Assembly: GCA_013239625.1 (NCBI GenBank) | Contig: MU053823.1 | Span: forward strand, 751,565-815,564 | DNA: 64,000 bases | DNA from: Lama guanicoe | Lineage: Eukaryota | Direction of reading: 5' to 3' | Shown here: positions 1 through 11,829 of the stretch, piece after piece | Layout: every line of letters begins with the position of its first letter | Numbering within the stretch: the stretch's first letter is position 1 | Notes under the pieces: generated by a model | Told to the model about the DNA's origin: nothing | Database searches by the model: none | Seen by the model: only the letters and a program-made list of their open reading frames with translations | Made by a program: the position numbers and the translations under genes

Positions 1-310
1 ACCACAGTCAAGGTAACAGACACGTCTAGCACTGCCCAGAGTTTCCTTGTGTTCCTTGCTCTGTGTCTGTGTGGCCAGAGCATTTAACGTGACATCTACC
101 TTCTTAACAAACTGTGACGTGCACAGTGCTGTATCGTTCACTACGCCGTTGCTGTGGCACAGCAGACCTCTGGAATTTGTTCATGTGGCATGACTGAAAC
201 TTGACACCCATCGAACAACAACTGCCCATTTCTCCCACTCTCCAGCCCCTGACAACTTATATTGTAGTCTTTGCTTTTATGAGTCTATTTTAAGTGCCTC
301 GTGTAGTGGA
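1..310 (-). mobile_element. Old L1 3'-end fragment
   Basis: Typical L1M 3' motifs in reverse (ccactctccagcccctgacaac...gtagtggaat). Confidence 0.55.
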
Positions 311-570
311 ATTAGTATTTTACGTAATCCTCAAATCAACTTTGTAAATAATACATTTTTATTATGTTTTTTTTTTCTGTGCAAACAAGGGTACTGAGGT
401 TGAGAGCACTTGTTTAGCTTGCTTGCTTAGCTTACTCAGCTGTTGATTGGCAAAGCCAGAATCCAAATTATGGCAGTCTTTGGATTATTCGAGTAAATGG
501 AATATAATCTATAATAACTTTATAATCTATAACAGATTTGGAGTATTTGGAGTAAATGGGGTATAATCTA

Positions 571-652
571 TAATCTATAAAAATACTGAATCACTATGCT
601 GTACACCTAAAGCTAATATATTGTAAATCAACTATACTTCATTAAAAAAAAA
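571..652 (+). mobile_element. Short L1 3' end with A tail
   Basis: aatactgaatcactatgctgtacacctaaagctaatatattgtaaatcaactatacttcattaaaaaaaaa. Confidence 0.65.
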
Positions 653-2185
653 GTCTAGCAGTTGGGTGGAGCATGAAGTGTGATGTACTGAGAGATCATG
701 GTCAAAAATGAGACTGGATTGCTAAACAGGGACTTAGGTTAGTAGGGTTTTGTACATAACACTAAAACAGTTTCTTAGAAAAATGAGGAACCAAAGCCCG
801 GACGTGGCGAAACAAGGTTTGCCACAGAAAACCTGTGGCAACAGTGTGGAGGATTGGGGGGGGTGGGTAAGTCAGTGTTAGGCAACAGCCATTGACATCT
901 AAGTGAGATATAATTGTGTGATAATAAGGAGTGAGAGTGGTGATGGGGAACATTTCGCAGATGTTAGACCTGAGGAGAATTTACCTACATATGGCAAGTT
1001 CATAACATGATAGATATTTAATTTCAACTGAGAAGATATGATTTAGATATTTCTGAAACAGACCATGGAGATCATTGAGTCTGCATCTTCTATTGCTGTG
1101 TCCCTAGTTAGAGGCACTTGGGATCATCTGAAGCATAATCCATAGCTGCCATGAGAGGAGGAGCTTGCGGGGAGAGCGGACCCATCACCAGAAGGGAATC
1201 CTGCCAGTTCACTTTGTTGACTCTGGACAGAGTTCAAAACAACTCCATACGTTACCAGGGAGTCTCAGGCTGCCATTCAAGTACTCCCTGTCAATGCCTG
1301 ACTCTGTGAATACATGTCCGTACAATACTCTCTGATCTCATGTTCTCAGTTGCTGTTTATTCTACGACGAGCCACCTTTATTCATAAGGAACCCCTTCTC
1401 TTGCTCTTTGAAAATCCATATGATAATTCCCTGGTCCCCAAATATATTCATACCCCACTGATCACAGCTGAGACTGGATTTACAGTTCAAGTCTTCCACC
1501 AGTGTAAGAATCTTCAATTGTTTTATGAAGAATTTGCTTCTCAAATTTTAATCACCTGCACATGTATGATGTCAGCCTGCTGAAACTAAGATAGAAGTTG
1601 CTAATACTGAAATAAAGTGTCAAGGGAAATATAGTTCAGTTACAGAAATGTATTTGCTACTTTTGTTTTCTTCCTTTCCCTGTTCTCAATGCGTATCTGA
1701 AACTCAGTCATTTCCTCTGAAGCTCTAAGAACATACTATTTCCAGTTTTTCTAATTCATTTATCTTCTCTACTTATACTAAGTATTTGACATTTGCTTTC
1801 TTTGAAACACCTGCATTGAGGTTCACTTAAGTATTAAGGAAACTTTAGAAGAGATTATTTTAAGAACATTGTAAGTTGTAGCAGCTACTATACGAATACA
1901 TTAAAGAAGCTATAATGTTTGATCAACTGTTATTTCCCACTGTGTCCCTCCCTCTAAAATTCTCAGTATGTAAATTCTCTTAACTTTAATCCTAAGTTAT
2001 GAATCAAGTAAATGGAAAATAATAGTTCTTAAAATTTCATTATGATGGGATATCAAAACTGGAGGGTGTAGTGCCCTCAGATTCCTTACTTAGACATATT
2101 CTGAAAACTGCTTCTTTTTTTTTTCTTTAGGAAAATAAAATGATTACCCATATGAGAAAAAAGCAGGCTTGTCACACTTCCAAAT

Positions 2186-2191
2186 TTTATT
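2186..2191 (-). terminator. Candidate polyadenylation signal of the connexin-like gene
   Basis: tttatt on + = AATAAA on -, about 146 nt after the stop codon. Confidence 0.55.
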
Positions 2192-2337
2192 TTTCTAAGA
2201 TATAGGTTATCTATGTCGCCATGTTCTGGGAACATAACATAAGGTTAAAATGTGTACTGCTTCAATACAAGACCACTCTAGGCTTCTATGGCCTCCATTC
2301 CTTATCTCATAACCAATGATGATCATCAGGGCTACTA

Positions 2338-3072
2338 TCAGAATTTTATGCAGACTCTGTATGTCTTAGACAGAGTTACATATGCATTAATGGTGTACAT
2401 GAAGAACATAAGACAGAAAGTCATGATAACCACTGAGACTGTAGCCAGAAGTATGATGGACATTATCTTTTCCTGCGTCCCCATAACCACGCATGTATAA
2501 GGTCCGTGACACAGGTGGGTACTGCACCAAATGGATTTTTTAATCAGTGGTAGGTGACAGTGAATAAGAATGACTAAGAAGATCACCTGTATAGACAACT
2601 GTACGAAAAAGTAGACAAGATACATTGCCAGCAGATGTTTTTCCTTGGATAAGTAAAAAATCTCATCTTCTTTTATTTTAACATGGTCTGCCTTTTTGTC
2701 TGTGTCACTGGAGTTCTCTTGGAAAGGTTGCTTCTTTAGCATCTTGATTTGCTTATGCACACTCTGCGAAACAAAAAACTCCATCACAAAGAAGACGGAG
2801 GAGAAGGCAAAGCCAACCAAGTACCAAACGCCTAGGACAGGCTTAGTGAAGTGGCTCTCATAGCACTCGGCTACACAGGATTTAGAGATATTCCCATGGC
2901 ACTGGAAGTCTTTCGCCAGATCAAGCCAAGTCATTTGCACTATGTACACAACTGAAATATAAACGAAGCTAACGCTGAACCACAGAGGTCGCCCTATGTA
3001 GAAGTCTGTGGGGTCTTTGCTCAGCAGCAGTATGGTGGGTGTCACAGCAGCAAATACTTTATTGTTAGACAT
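2338..3072 (-). CDS. Divergent connexin-like (gap junction family) protein, 244 aa, single coding exon
   Basis: Uninterrupted ORF from ATG 3072 (aagATGt) to TGA; four hydrophobic segments; loop 1 FQC58-x7-C66-x3-C70YE; loop 2 C183-x4-C188-x5-C194VVMGTQEK, compare connexin C....CP..VDCF.SRPTEK; IGR..W before TM1 and W.D...F.C after it. The ORF-track start at 3255 is a GTG upstream of a splice acceptor. Confidence 0.85.
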   Translation of the reverse strand: MSNNKVFAAVTPTILLLSKDPTDFYIGRPLWFSVSFVYISVVYIVQMTWLDLAKDFQCHGNISKSCVAECYESHFTKPVLGVWYLVGFAFSSVFFVMEFFVSQSVHKQIKMLKKQPFQENSSDTDKKADHVKIKEDEIFYLSKEKHLLAMYLVYFFVQLSIQVIFLVILIHCHLPLIKKSIWCSTHLCHGPYTCVVMGTQEKIMSIILLATVSVVIMTFCLMFFMYTINAYVTLSKTYRVCIKF

Positions 3073-3080
3073 CTTGAAAT

Positions 3081-3100
3081 CTAGGAAGACAAAAGCAAGG
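3081..3100 (-). other. Splice acceptor of the connexin-like coding exon
   Basis: Minus strand reads ccttgcttttgtcttcctag|atttcaagATG: pyrimidine tract plus AG 8 nt before the ATG, the usual connexin gene layout. Confidence 0.7.
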
Positions 3101-4689
3101 TAGCATCGGGAGGAAAGAATGGACAATATTTTATCCCATTTACACAGTCTCTGCTGTTCTTCTAACAGGTGCTTGCTGGGAAGGAACTCAGTCGTCTTAG
3201 GTGAGAAGGGAACTCCGAAGAAATTTAGGAGACTGTCCAAAAGAAATACACCCACTTAATACTATTTGTTACTCTTTCATTTACTAACTCCTTCTTCTAA
3301 TTTTTTGTTATCAGTCTCTCTCCCTCACCCTATTTGGCTCCCCAACCGCTTCCCCCAGTTTATCGAGCCCTCTGCATAGTTCTTTATCCTGTTTGCTCTC
3401 ATCACAAACTCTTGTGTCATTTGCTTTGTATTATGATCTATATACCAACCTGTGTAAATCAGCCCCCTCCAGCCAACAGTACAGTTCCAACTGTCATAGA
3501 ACTCCCACAGGAATGGGGATATGAGTGCTTAAAGGTAAGTCTTCACCACTTTTCCCTGAGATGTATCTGTTTGAGATGGGTTAACTGAACTGACGAGTGT
3601 CATTTTAGGCCCTTCTTGAAGCCAGCTTTTCCAAAGCCCATCATCGGTTTCAAAACCTGTTTCTTAAAAAAAAAAAAATTAATTAAAAAAACAAAAACCT
3701 GTTTCTGATTAATCAGTCAAGACGGATGGATGAGTATATAATTGTCTTCTATTGGGAGAACAGCTTAAATCTCTTATTTCCATCACATTCTCCTGCTAAT
3801 TTGAAATTTTCACTGATTCACAGCTATTTTGAGCATCAAACACAGCTGTGTGTTTAGAAAAATGAATGAGGCAGTTCTTGCTTCTAATTACAGATCTGAT
3901 GGTGTGAAGAGTACTTATTAAAATAAATTTTTTATGACCTCTGTCATTTCCGTAATTCACTTTCCCTCCTATGAATTGCAATGACATTGTCAGAACGTCT
4001 TATTATTACACTGCTCTGACAGTCAGCATTTGCTCCAGCCTTTCCTACCAAGATGGCCGAGACTTTTGGTGACCTGCATCATAGTTCAACCTCTTCCTTT
4101 ATTCTATCCTGTTCTCCCACAGCCCTGCCCTGCTGCTGCCTTTCAAAAGTATTAATCTCTAAGAAATATTTTGTACCCCCAACTCTGTCTCAACATCTGC
4201 TTCTGGGAAAGACAACCATAAACACTCCTCTTCAGATCTTTGGAATCTGAGAGACAAGCCACACAGACAGAAAGTTGCCCCCTTCACCCTTGGGATCACA
4301 GTTACTGGAAAGCCAAGCCTCTAGAATACATTATGCTTAATCTTTGCCTTGGAGCGCTCTGAAAATACCCTCTCATTTAACACAGAGAAGTGGCAGACTT
4401 GCATCAACTTTCTCTATGAAGATTCCAACAGAGTCTGAAGAGGGTTTTGTTTGTTTGTAAAAGGAGAGTCACAGGCACACACAAGAAGGGTTGATTCATG
4501 TATTTTTGTCAACTATGTTACAAAATATTGGTTGTGTTTCTTTTTTTATTATTCTTATTTTTTACTGAAGTAAAATATGAATGAGAGGATATGATGGCTT
4601 TATATTAAGTTTAGATAAAGTTATGTCAAAGCTGATAATTAAAAACTAAAAACAAACAAACAAACAAAAAACCCCCTAAAATCACAGTC

Positions 4690-7310
4690 CTTCTAGCCGG
4701 AGTGGCATCCACAACTCTGGCTTCCCTGCCTGTGATGGCAATGCCTGTGAACCCAACAACCCTGGATACAGAAGAGGCACCCAAAACGCTGGCTCCCCCC
4801 ACTACTCTCTGCCTCCTCCACAATGGAGGTGATGCAGCAACCCAGGTGACCCTGGATGTCGCAAAGGCTCCCACCCTTCTGGTGCTCTTGGAGGTGATGC
4901 CAGAGCAGTGACACTGGCAGCAGAAAGGCATCAGCAACCCCAGAGGCACAAGTAGTGACGAAGAGGGTGCTGGAGAGATCTCTGGCAGAGGCAGTGGAGG
5001 TTAAAAACTGCCAATTCTCAAATAATGGCAGCCCAGGTAAAAGAAAACCAAAACCTTGTGCTATAGCGCCACCTACTGAAGAACAGAACAAAAGCCTCTA
5101 GTTACCAGCCCGCTGAATTGTTAGAAACAAAATAAATAAAACTTTACGTAAATAAGAAAGATGTTTGCTACCTCAAATGCTCCATCAGAGAAATAGTACC
5201 AAGCACCATGAAAAACCGTGGTAGCACAGTATCACAAAAAGAAAATGACAGTTCTCCAGAAACCAAACTTAAAGTCATGGAATATTGTAATGTAACTGAT
5301 AGAGAATTCAAAATAAATGTTGTGAAGAAATTCAGTGAGTTACAGGAAAGCCCAAAAAGGTAGCTCAATGAACTCAGGAATAAAATTAGTAAACAGGGAG
5401 AATACTTTACCAAAGGGATTGAAACTAAAAAAAGAACCAAACAAATTCTGGAGCTAAAGAACTCAATGAATGAGGCGAAGAATGCGTTAGAGAGCACTAG
5501 ACATTGAGCAGACCTCATGGAAGAGAGAATTAGCGAGCTTGAAGATGGAGATCTAGAAATGATTCAGACAGAAGTAGAGAGAGAACTATAAAATGAAGGA
5601 AGTCTATCAGATCTATCCACCTGCATTACAAAAGGCAACATGTTGATAATGGGTATCCCAGAAGGAGAAGAGAGGGAGAAGGGAATACAGACTTTATTTA
5701 AAGAATAGCTCAGAACTTCCCAAAGCTGAGGAGAGAACTAGATACACAAGTTGACAAAGTTAATACACCGCCTAATCATCTCTATGCAGAAAGACCTCCG
5801 CCATTATGTTAAAACTGTCAAAAGTCAACAATACAGAAAAAATTTAAAAGACAACTGGGGGGAAAAAAGACAGTGACCTGTGAAGATATCCCTATCAAGC
5901 TATCAGTAGTTTTCTCAGCAGAAACTCTACAGACCAGAAAAGAGTGGAGTGGCTACTCAAAATATTGAAAGATAAAAACTGTCAGCCAAGAGTACCCTAT
6001 CCAGCAATTATCATTTATATATGAAGCAGAAATAAAGACTTTCCCACGCAAACAAAAGCTGAGGGAGTTCAACACCACTAGACCTGCCTTACAAGAAGTG
6101 TTGAAAGGAGATCTTCCACCTGAAAGAAAAAGTACATAAAACTTTGAGTAAGGTAATAAAGAGACAGACAGAATCCAAAAATGGCAATTCTATATCAGAA
6201 TACATTGTTAAATAATTTATCATAAAGGTTAAAGGAAAAAGAGCATTGAACGTAAATGTAGCTACTTTAATATCATAGCAAACTCAACATAAATCAGATA
6301 ATTCGTGGCAACAAAAACATAGAAGGGGGAGAATAAAAGGATGGAACCTGTATAGGCAAATGAAGATAAGATGCTATCGGCAGAAAAAGGACTATTTTAT
6401 CTATGAGACATTTAAATAAACCACATGATAACCACAAAAAAAAATCTGGAGGAGAAACATAAAACATAAAAAAAGAGGAAGTGGAGAAACACATCATAGA
6501 AAACCACCAAAATGAAAAGGCAGACAGAAGCACAAGGAAAAAGAAACAATAGACACATAGAGCAACAGAGACAAAAGGTAAAACGGCAGTGCTAAGTCCT
6601 CATTTATCAATAATCAGTCTCTAAATGGACTGAGTTCACCAACTGAAAGACACCGAGTAGTGAGGTAGATTAAAAAACAAGATGCAACTATATGCTGCCC
6701 CCAGGAGACTCATCTCAGCTCTAAAGATTAACAAAAGCTCAAAGTGAAGAGATGGAAGATAACACCCCAAAAAAGTGGCAAGCAAAAGAAAGTGGGTGTA
6801 GCCATACTTACATTGGACAAAACAATCTTCAAGCCAAAAAGGTAAGAGACAAAGATGGATGAATGGATAAAGAAGATGTGATATATACATACAATGGAAT
6901 ACTATGCAGGCTTAAAAAAGATGAAATCTTTCCATTTGTGACAACATGGATGGACCCTGAGGATATTATACGAAGTAAAGTAAGTCAGATGGAGAAAAAC
7001 AAATACCACATGATTTCACTCATATGTGGAATATAAAAACAAAACAAAACAAACAAAACAAAAAGAAACACATAGACACAGAGAACAGATTGTTACCAGA
7101 GGAAAAGGGAATAAGGTGAGGGCAAAATGGGTAAGGGAATCAACTGCATAGTGATGTAGGGAAATTAAACTTGGTGGTGAGCACACTGTAGTGTACACAG
7201 AAGTTGAATTATAATATTGTACACATGAAATTTATAATGTTATAAACCAGCATTACCTCAATACAAACATAAATCAAATAAATTTAAAAATTAAGAAAAT
7301 AAAAATAAAG
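4690..7310 (+). mobile_element. Internally deleted L1: 5'UTR remnant, decayed ORF1 (ATG 5208), start of ORF2 endonuclease, then ORF2 end/3'UTR and A-rich tail
   Basis: ORF1-like MKNRGSTVSQKENDSSPETK...TDREFKINVVKKFSELQE; endonuclease-like ICCPQETHL...KKVGVAIL at about 6690-6810; 3' motif gaatggataaagaagatgtg from about 6860. Confidence 0.85.
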
Positions 7311-7374
7311 TCGAATACATACTTTGTTCTACCAAATACTAAAGTAAAAAAAAAAAGCAGTATTTCCAAATAAG

Positions 7375-7900
7375 TAGCATATAAATACAATGGAATATTA
7401 TTCAGCCATAAAAATGAATGAAGTTGTGATACATGCTATAACATGGATGAACCTTGAAAACATCATGCTAAGAGAAATAAGCTAGACATAAATGGACCAC
7501 TTATATGAGGTACCTAGACTAGGCAAATCTATAGAGATGGAAGTAGAATAAAGATTATAAGGGGCTGGAGCCAGGGGGTACTGGGGAGCCATTGCTAAAG
7601 AGTACAGAGTTTCTGTCTGGAAAGATGAATAAATTTTTGAAATAGGTAGTAGTGATTGTTACATAACACTGTGAATGTACTTAATGCCAGCAAATTGTAC
7701 ACTTTAAAAATCATTGAGGGAGAAGGATACAGATCAAGTGGTAGAGCACATGCTTAGCATGCAGGAGGGGTCCTGGGTTCAATCCCCATGTTCAATCCCC
7801 TAAAAATAAATAAATAAACCTAATTAACTCCCCCACTCCAACAAAAGAATCATTAAAATGGTAAACCTTGTGTTATGCATATTTTATCACAACAAAAGAA
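7375..7900 (+). mobile_element. Older L1 3' fragment interrupted by a SINE
   Basis: acaatggaatattattcagccataaaaa...acatggatgaaccttgaaaacatcatgctaag. Confidence 0.75.
7716..7845 (+). mobile_element. tRNA-Ala-derived SINE (vic-1-like)
   Basis: A box tcaagtggtagagca, tgcttagcatgca anticodon arm, B box ggttcaatccc, AAAT tail; imperfect flanking repeat aatcatt. Confidence 0.8.
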
Positions 7901-8914
7901 AAAGGAAAAACATTATAAGAATATAAAAAAATATTAAAGAGATGATGAGCAATAAAACCAATTAAACATGGGAATTAAGGCTAAGTGTTTTAACCACAGC
8001 TATAAAACTAAAGGAGTATAGAAAAGGAGTTCTTGAAAGAGAAGTGGAAAACCTAAAGAAAAATTAGTGCTTATTATAGCAATAATAATAGCATGATTCT
8101 AAATTCTTTATTTCAGAAACCAAATATGCAACAAAGTGGGAGGAAAGAGAAGAAACAAATACTCAAATTTCTTAAATTTTCGGAGTATATATTTTATTCA
8201 TTATTGATGTTGCAAAAGTTATATTTGAACAGTTCCCTTAGGCAATTAGCATTCTTTCTTTCTTATGGTGTGACCATAGATCCTCAAACCCAATGTGTGG
8301 AGCTGGAATAAAACAAAATTGGGGTGAGGATTAATGGTATAAAACACTCATATTCAGCTCCGTCTCTGCCAGCTTGCTCCCATGGCAAAAAACCAGAAGT
8401 CACATTTTAATGCTGGTCTAATCTGTCTCAGACAGTGTAGCAGGCATTTTATAATCATGACCTCATTTAACCTAAAGAGCATTTCTAGAAGCCAGGGATA
8501 ATTTGAAGGAGCACAAACATAGGACGAGGACAACTCGTTGTCACCTCTCTCATTGAGACACAGATATGGAACAGTCTGTGTCTCAAAAGATGACAGGAAA
8601 CAAGTTACCTTCACCAGTAAATCAGGATTTTGTAGGTCTAGAACAGTGAAGAAAGAGGTAAACAAGATGTAAAGAATAAATTCAAAATGTGTCATAGACT
8701 AATAGGAGTGTGACTTATTTGAAAGAGAGCAGATGGGAGACCTGTAAGGGGACAGGGTGAGTCAAATGGGAACACAAAAGGGAAACATAAGGGAGTGCCT
8801 GGGGAAATGGACAAGGAAATCCTGAAGAAAGAAAAGTTGTGAAGCCACAGAGGTTGCTAAAAAGGGATGTGTGAATTTCACTGATAGAAATCAAGGACGA
8901 GTCATACAGATGTG

Positions 8915-8969
8915 CACACACCCACACACACCACACACACACCACACACACCACACACACCCGCACACG
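8915..8969. repeat. Imperfect CA-rich microsatellite
   Basis: Repeated cacacacac/ccacacaca units. Confidence 0.85.
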
Positions 8970-10704
8970 TTTTTAGATTACAATCCCAGGAAATGTTTAG
9001 GTAACAGAGAGACTAAGCCTGCACTTAGGGTGCCATCAAATTATTGCATTCAAATGCAATTGAAGGGAACTCTTCCATATTTTAAGTAAAAACAAACCAC
9101 TGAAAGAGGAATTGTTGGGAAATTACCCAGAATTTTGTTGAACTTCCTTACTCGTGTTTGAAAGTCTAATATATTTTTACTTTGAATTACGTACATGGAA
9201 GAGCACCAAACTGTCTTCAGATCTTGGGACAACCTGAAGGCCCTGTCTGGCCCTATGTCCCCACACAGCCCTTGCTATATCATCCCTTTTCTATCTCCCA
9301 TGTCTAAAGACCTGTAACTTTTAAATCACGTCAGCTAAATAGTATTCCATAATATAATCTTAAAAGCAAAAACTGACATCCTTTAATCCCAAGCCATAGA
9401 CTTTCGAATCACAGAGCCTCCCTGAACACATAACAACCCTCATTTTAATCGCAGTAGTTCAGAGCTGCATGTTTTTGCCTCCTTTCCCTCTTTAGGAAGA
9501 GGTCATAGCCCTCACATTGACTACATTTCCTCAATCCTTCCACGTTTACTTCCTCTTCACGCTTACTTTCTCCTTCCCTTGCTAACCCTAGAGACAGTAG
9601 CCAGGGAAGGAGGACTGGGGAAGGAAGAGGAGCATGGCAAGAGGTAAAAAATTCAACCACAGATAATAAACTCAGCATTTCCTCCCACGCTTGGTTTTGC
9701 TGATTCCAGACCAGCTTACCCAACAGTGCTGCTGACACACATTTTCTTCTCTCTTCCCTTGCTCTGTTCCTTGTTCTGCTTTCCCGTATCTTTCTTGATT
9801 AGTCACTTACATTTCTTCTTTCTGAAATAACTTTGGACATTGTGTGTGAATGTACTTGTTCTAAAACATTCTGCTGTCCTCGCATGTGACAGAAAGACAG
9901 TTGATGAGCTGATGGAGTAGAATTAGGGGGACATAACATTTTCTTTCAACAATCCATTATTCTGTATCCATTGCCACCTGTGGCAGAAAGTCAGTTTGAG
10001 GCCAAGGTCATTTTTATTCCTTTAGCGTGTAGGTTACCTCTTTTCTCCCTCAGAATTGAAGGCCACCCTAAGCATCTGTCTGCTTTTTGACGTATTCAGC
10101 TTATAGGACACTTAGAAAACTACGATGCATTCTCATCATCCACAGGGATGCAGCCACATCCCAATTCATTTGCTACTGCTGGTCAGTTGTTATAAGCATC
10201 AAAGTACTAAGAAAGATGGTTCCTGATGCAACTAACTTCATTTCAGCTGAAGTTCAGATCTGAACAGTGGATCTTGGCAAATGTTCATGCAAGTAAAACC
10301 CTTCGGCCATTATCCACATTTTATTAAATCCTCTCTCTATTCCTAGTTCATTTCACCTCCCATCACCAGACAAATAACAGAAACATTATTAGGAGAAAAG
10401 GGGGCTGATTACGTCATCCTAATATAAATCAAGGTGTTTGATCTTAGACACATTGTTTAAGACTCTTATTTTATTCTAATAGGTTCTTGGTAACTTGTGA
10501 AACTGGAAATGTACTTATAAGCTCTGGATAGATCTGGGCAGTCCTAACACCCTGAGACCAAGGAGGTGTGGTGTTTATGCATGTGTTTTCTAGGTCTCTC
10601 AGACACCACCAGGTGTCATTGTTAATTAAATGCAAAAATATAATATATGGAGTAGAAACCATATTATATTGAGTTCAGTTGGGTGAAAGGAACACAAACT
10701 GCTT

Positions 10705-11829
10705 TCTCACATAGAACTCTTAAAGGGTAAAAGCTGGAGTTGTGAGCCTATCCTAAAGAACATTGGGAAACTCAAAATAGCAAAGGCTGAGGATGTCAAC
10801 TTCTAACATGAAGTCTCAGCTACCAGGAATAGATCAGAGTCCAGATTTAGACTCCACATCTTAAGTTACAGGAAATGTGGAGAAGGAGCAAGAAAAGCCT
10901 GAGAACAAGGAGAAAGGTCAGCGTGGGATTATCGATGACATTTGTTCAATAGCTGTTGTGTATGTTGAGGGCAGTTGTGTTTGACTAACTCAAGAGCAAA
11001 TGGAAGGCTAAGCAAATGATAATTCCTAGGGGGACCATAAACATGTAGGGACATCCATAATGTTACTCGGTAGAGAAAAACAATTTATACTCAGTATGGG
11101 AGTAATCTAGGCCAGTGGTAAACCATAAAATTGTGATATTAGGTAGGTTGGCCATAGCAGTTGTTGGAGGAGAGACGAAAGATATCCAGTCTCTCACTGG
11201 TGATGTAACAGTACAAAGACAATCTCTTGCTCCTGTCTCATAAATATCCATGGAAGGCAAGAGCCCCAGTCTTGAAGCACTCATAGGTTTGAAGAGGAAA
11301 TTGAGAGAGTAGGAGAAGCATAAGTAGATCTTATGGAAAAAAATGACTGAAATTTGTACATGACAGGAGACTATCACACAGCACAGACAAAGCAGAAGTC
11401 CAATTACTAGAATTGGGGGGGAAATCGGGGTATGCTGGAATCAAAGCCAACTATTAGTCAATAAGCAGCTTGCAAGAAACCATATATATGCAACAAGTGT
11501 GTGTCACGTTATGCCAACATCCACATTTTGTATGTTCAGTGTAAATGATGAGTTTGCAAATGTGTAGCTTCAATTTATACTCAACGTGCTAGAATATTTG
11601 GGAAAATAATCTGAGAAAAAGGACAATATTGAGTTAATTAAGGTGAAGAGCATAAAGGAGTCAGAAGACATTGCACTCTGGGGTTTTGAGGGAAAAACCA
11701 GATATAAGGGCCAAAGAACTTTCCAGAGAAGGTGAAAAATAATAGTTGAAGAATTTAAAACCAAAGGAGTCCTGGCACTTTATCATGAAGGCTACTTAGG
11801 TCTACATGGTCATTCTCCATAAACTGCAA
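10705..11829 (+). repeat. 1.1-kb direct repeat, copy A
   Basis: Colinear high-identity match to 20844-21947. Confidence 0.95.

Noticed and set aside
1050..1590. Short ORFs on both strands
   Set aside because: No recognisable domain or splice structure; possibly decayed repeat.
3073..3255. 61-aa N-terminal extension of the connexin-like ORF in the ORF track
   Set aside because: Starts at GTG and crosses a clear splice acceptor; ATG 3072 gives a connexin-length N-terminus.
4626..5091. Overlapping ORFs in a GC-richer patch
   Set aside because: Lies directly upstream of L1 ORF1 and fits an L1 5'UTR; no protein motif.
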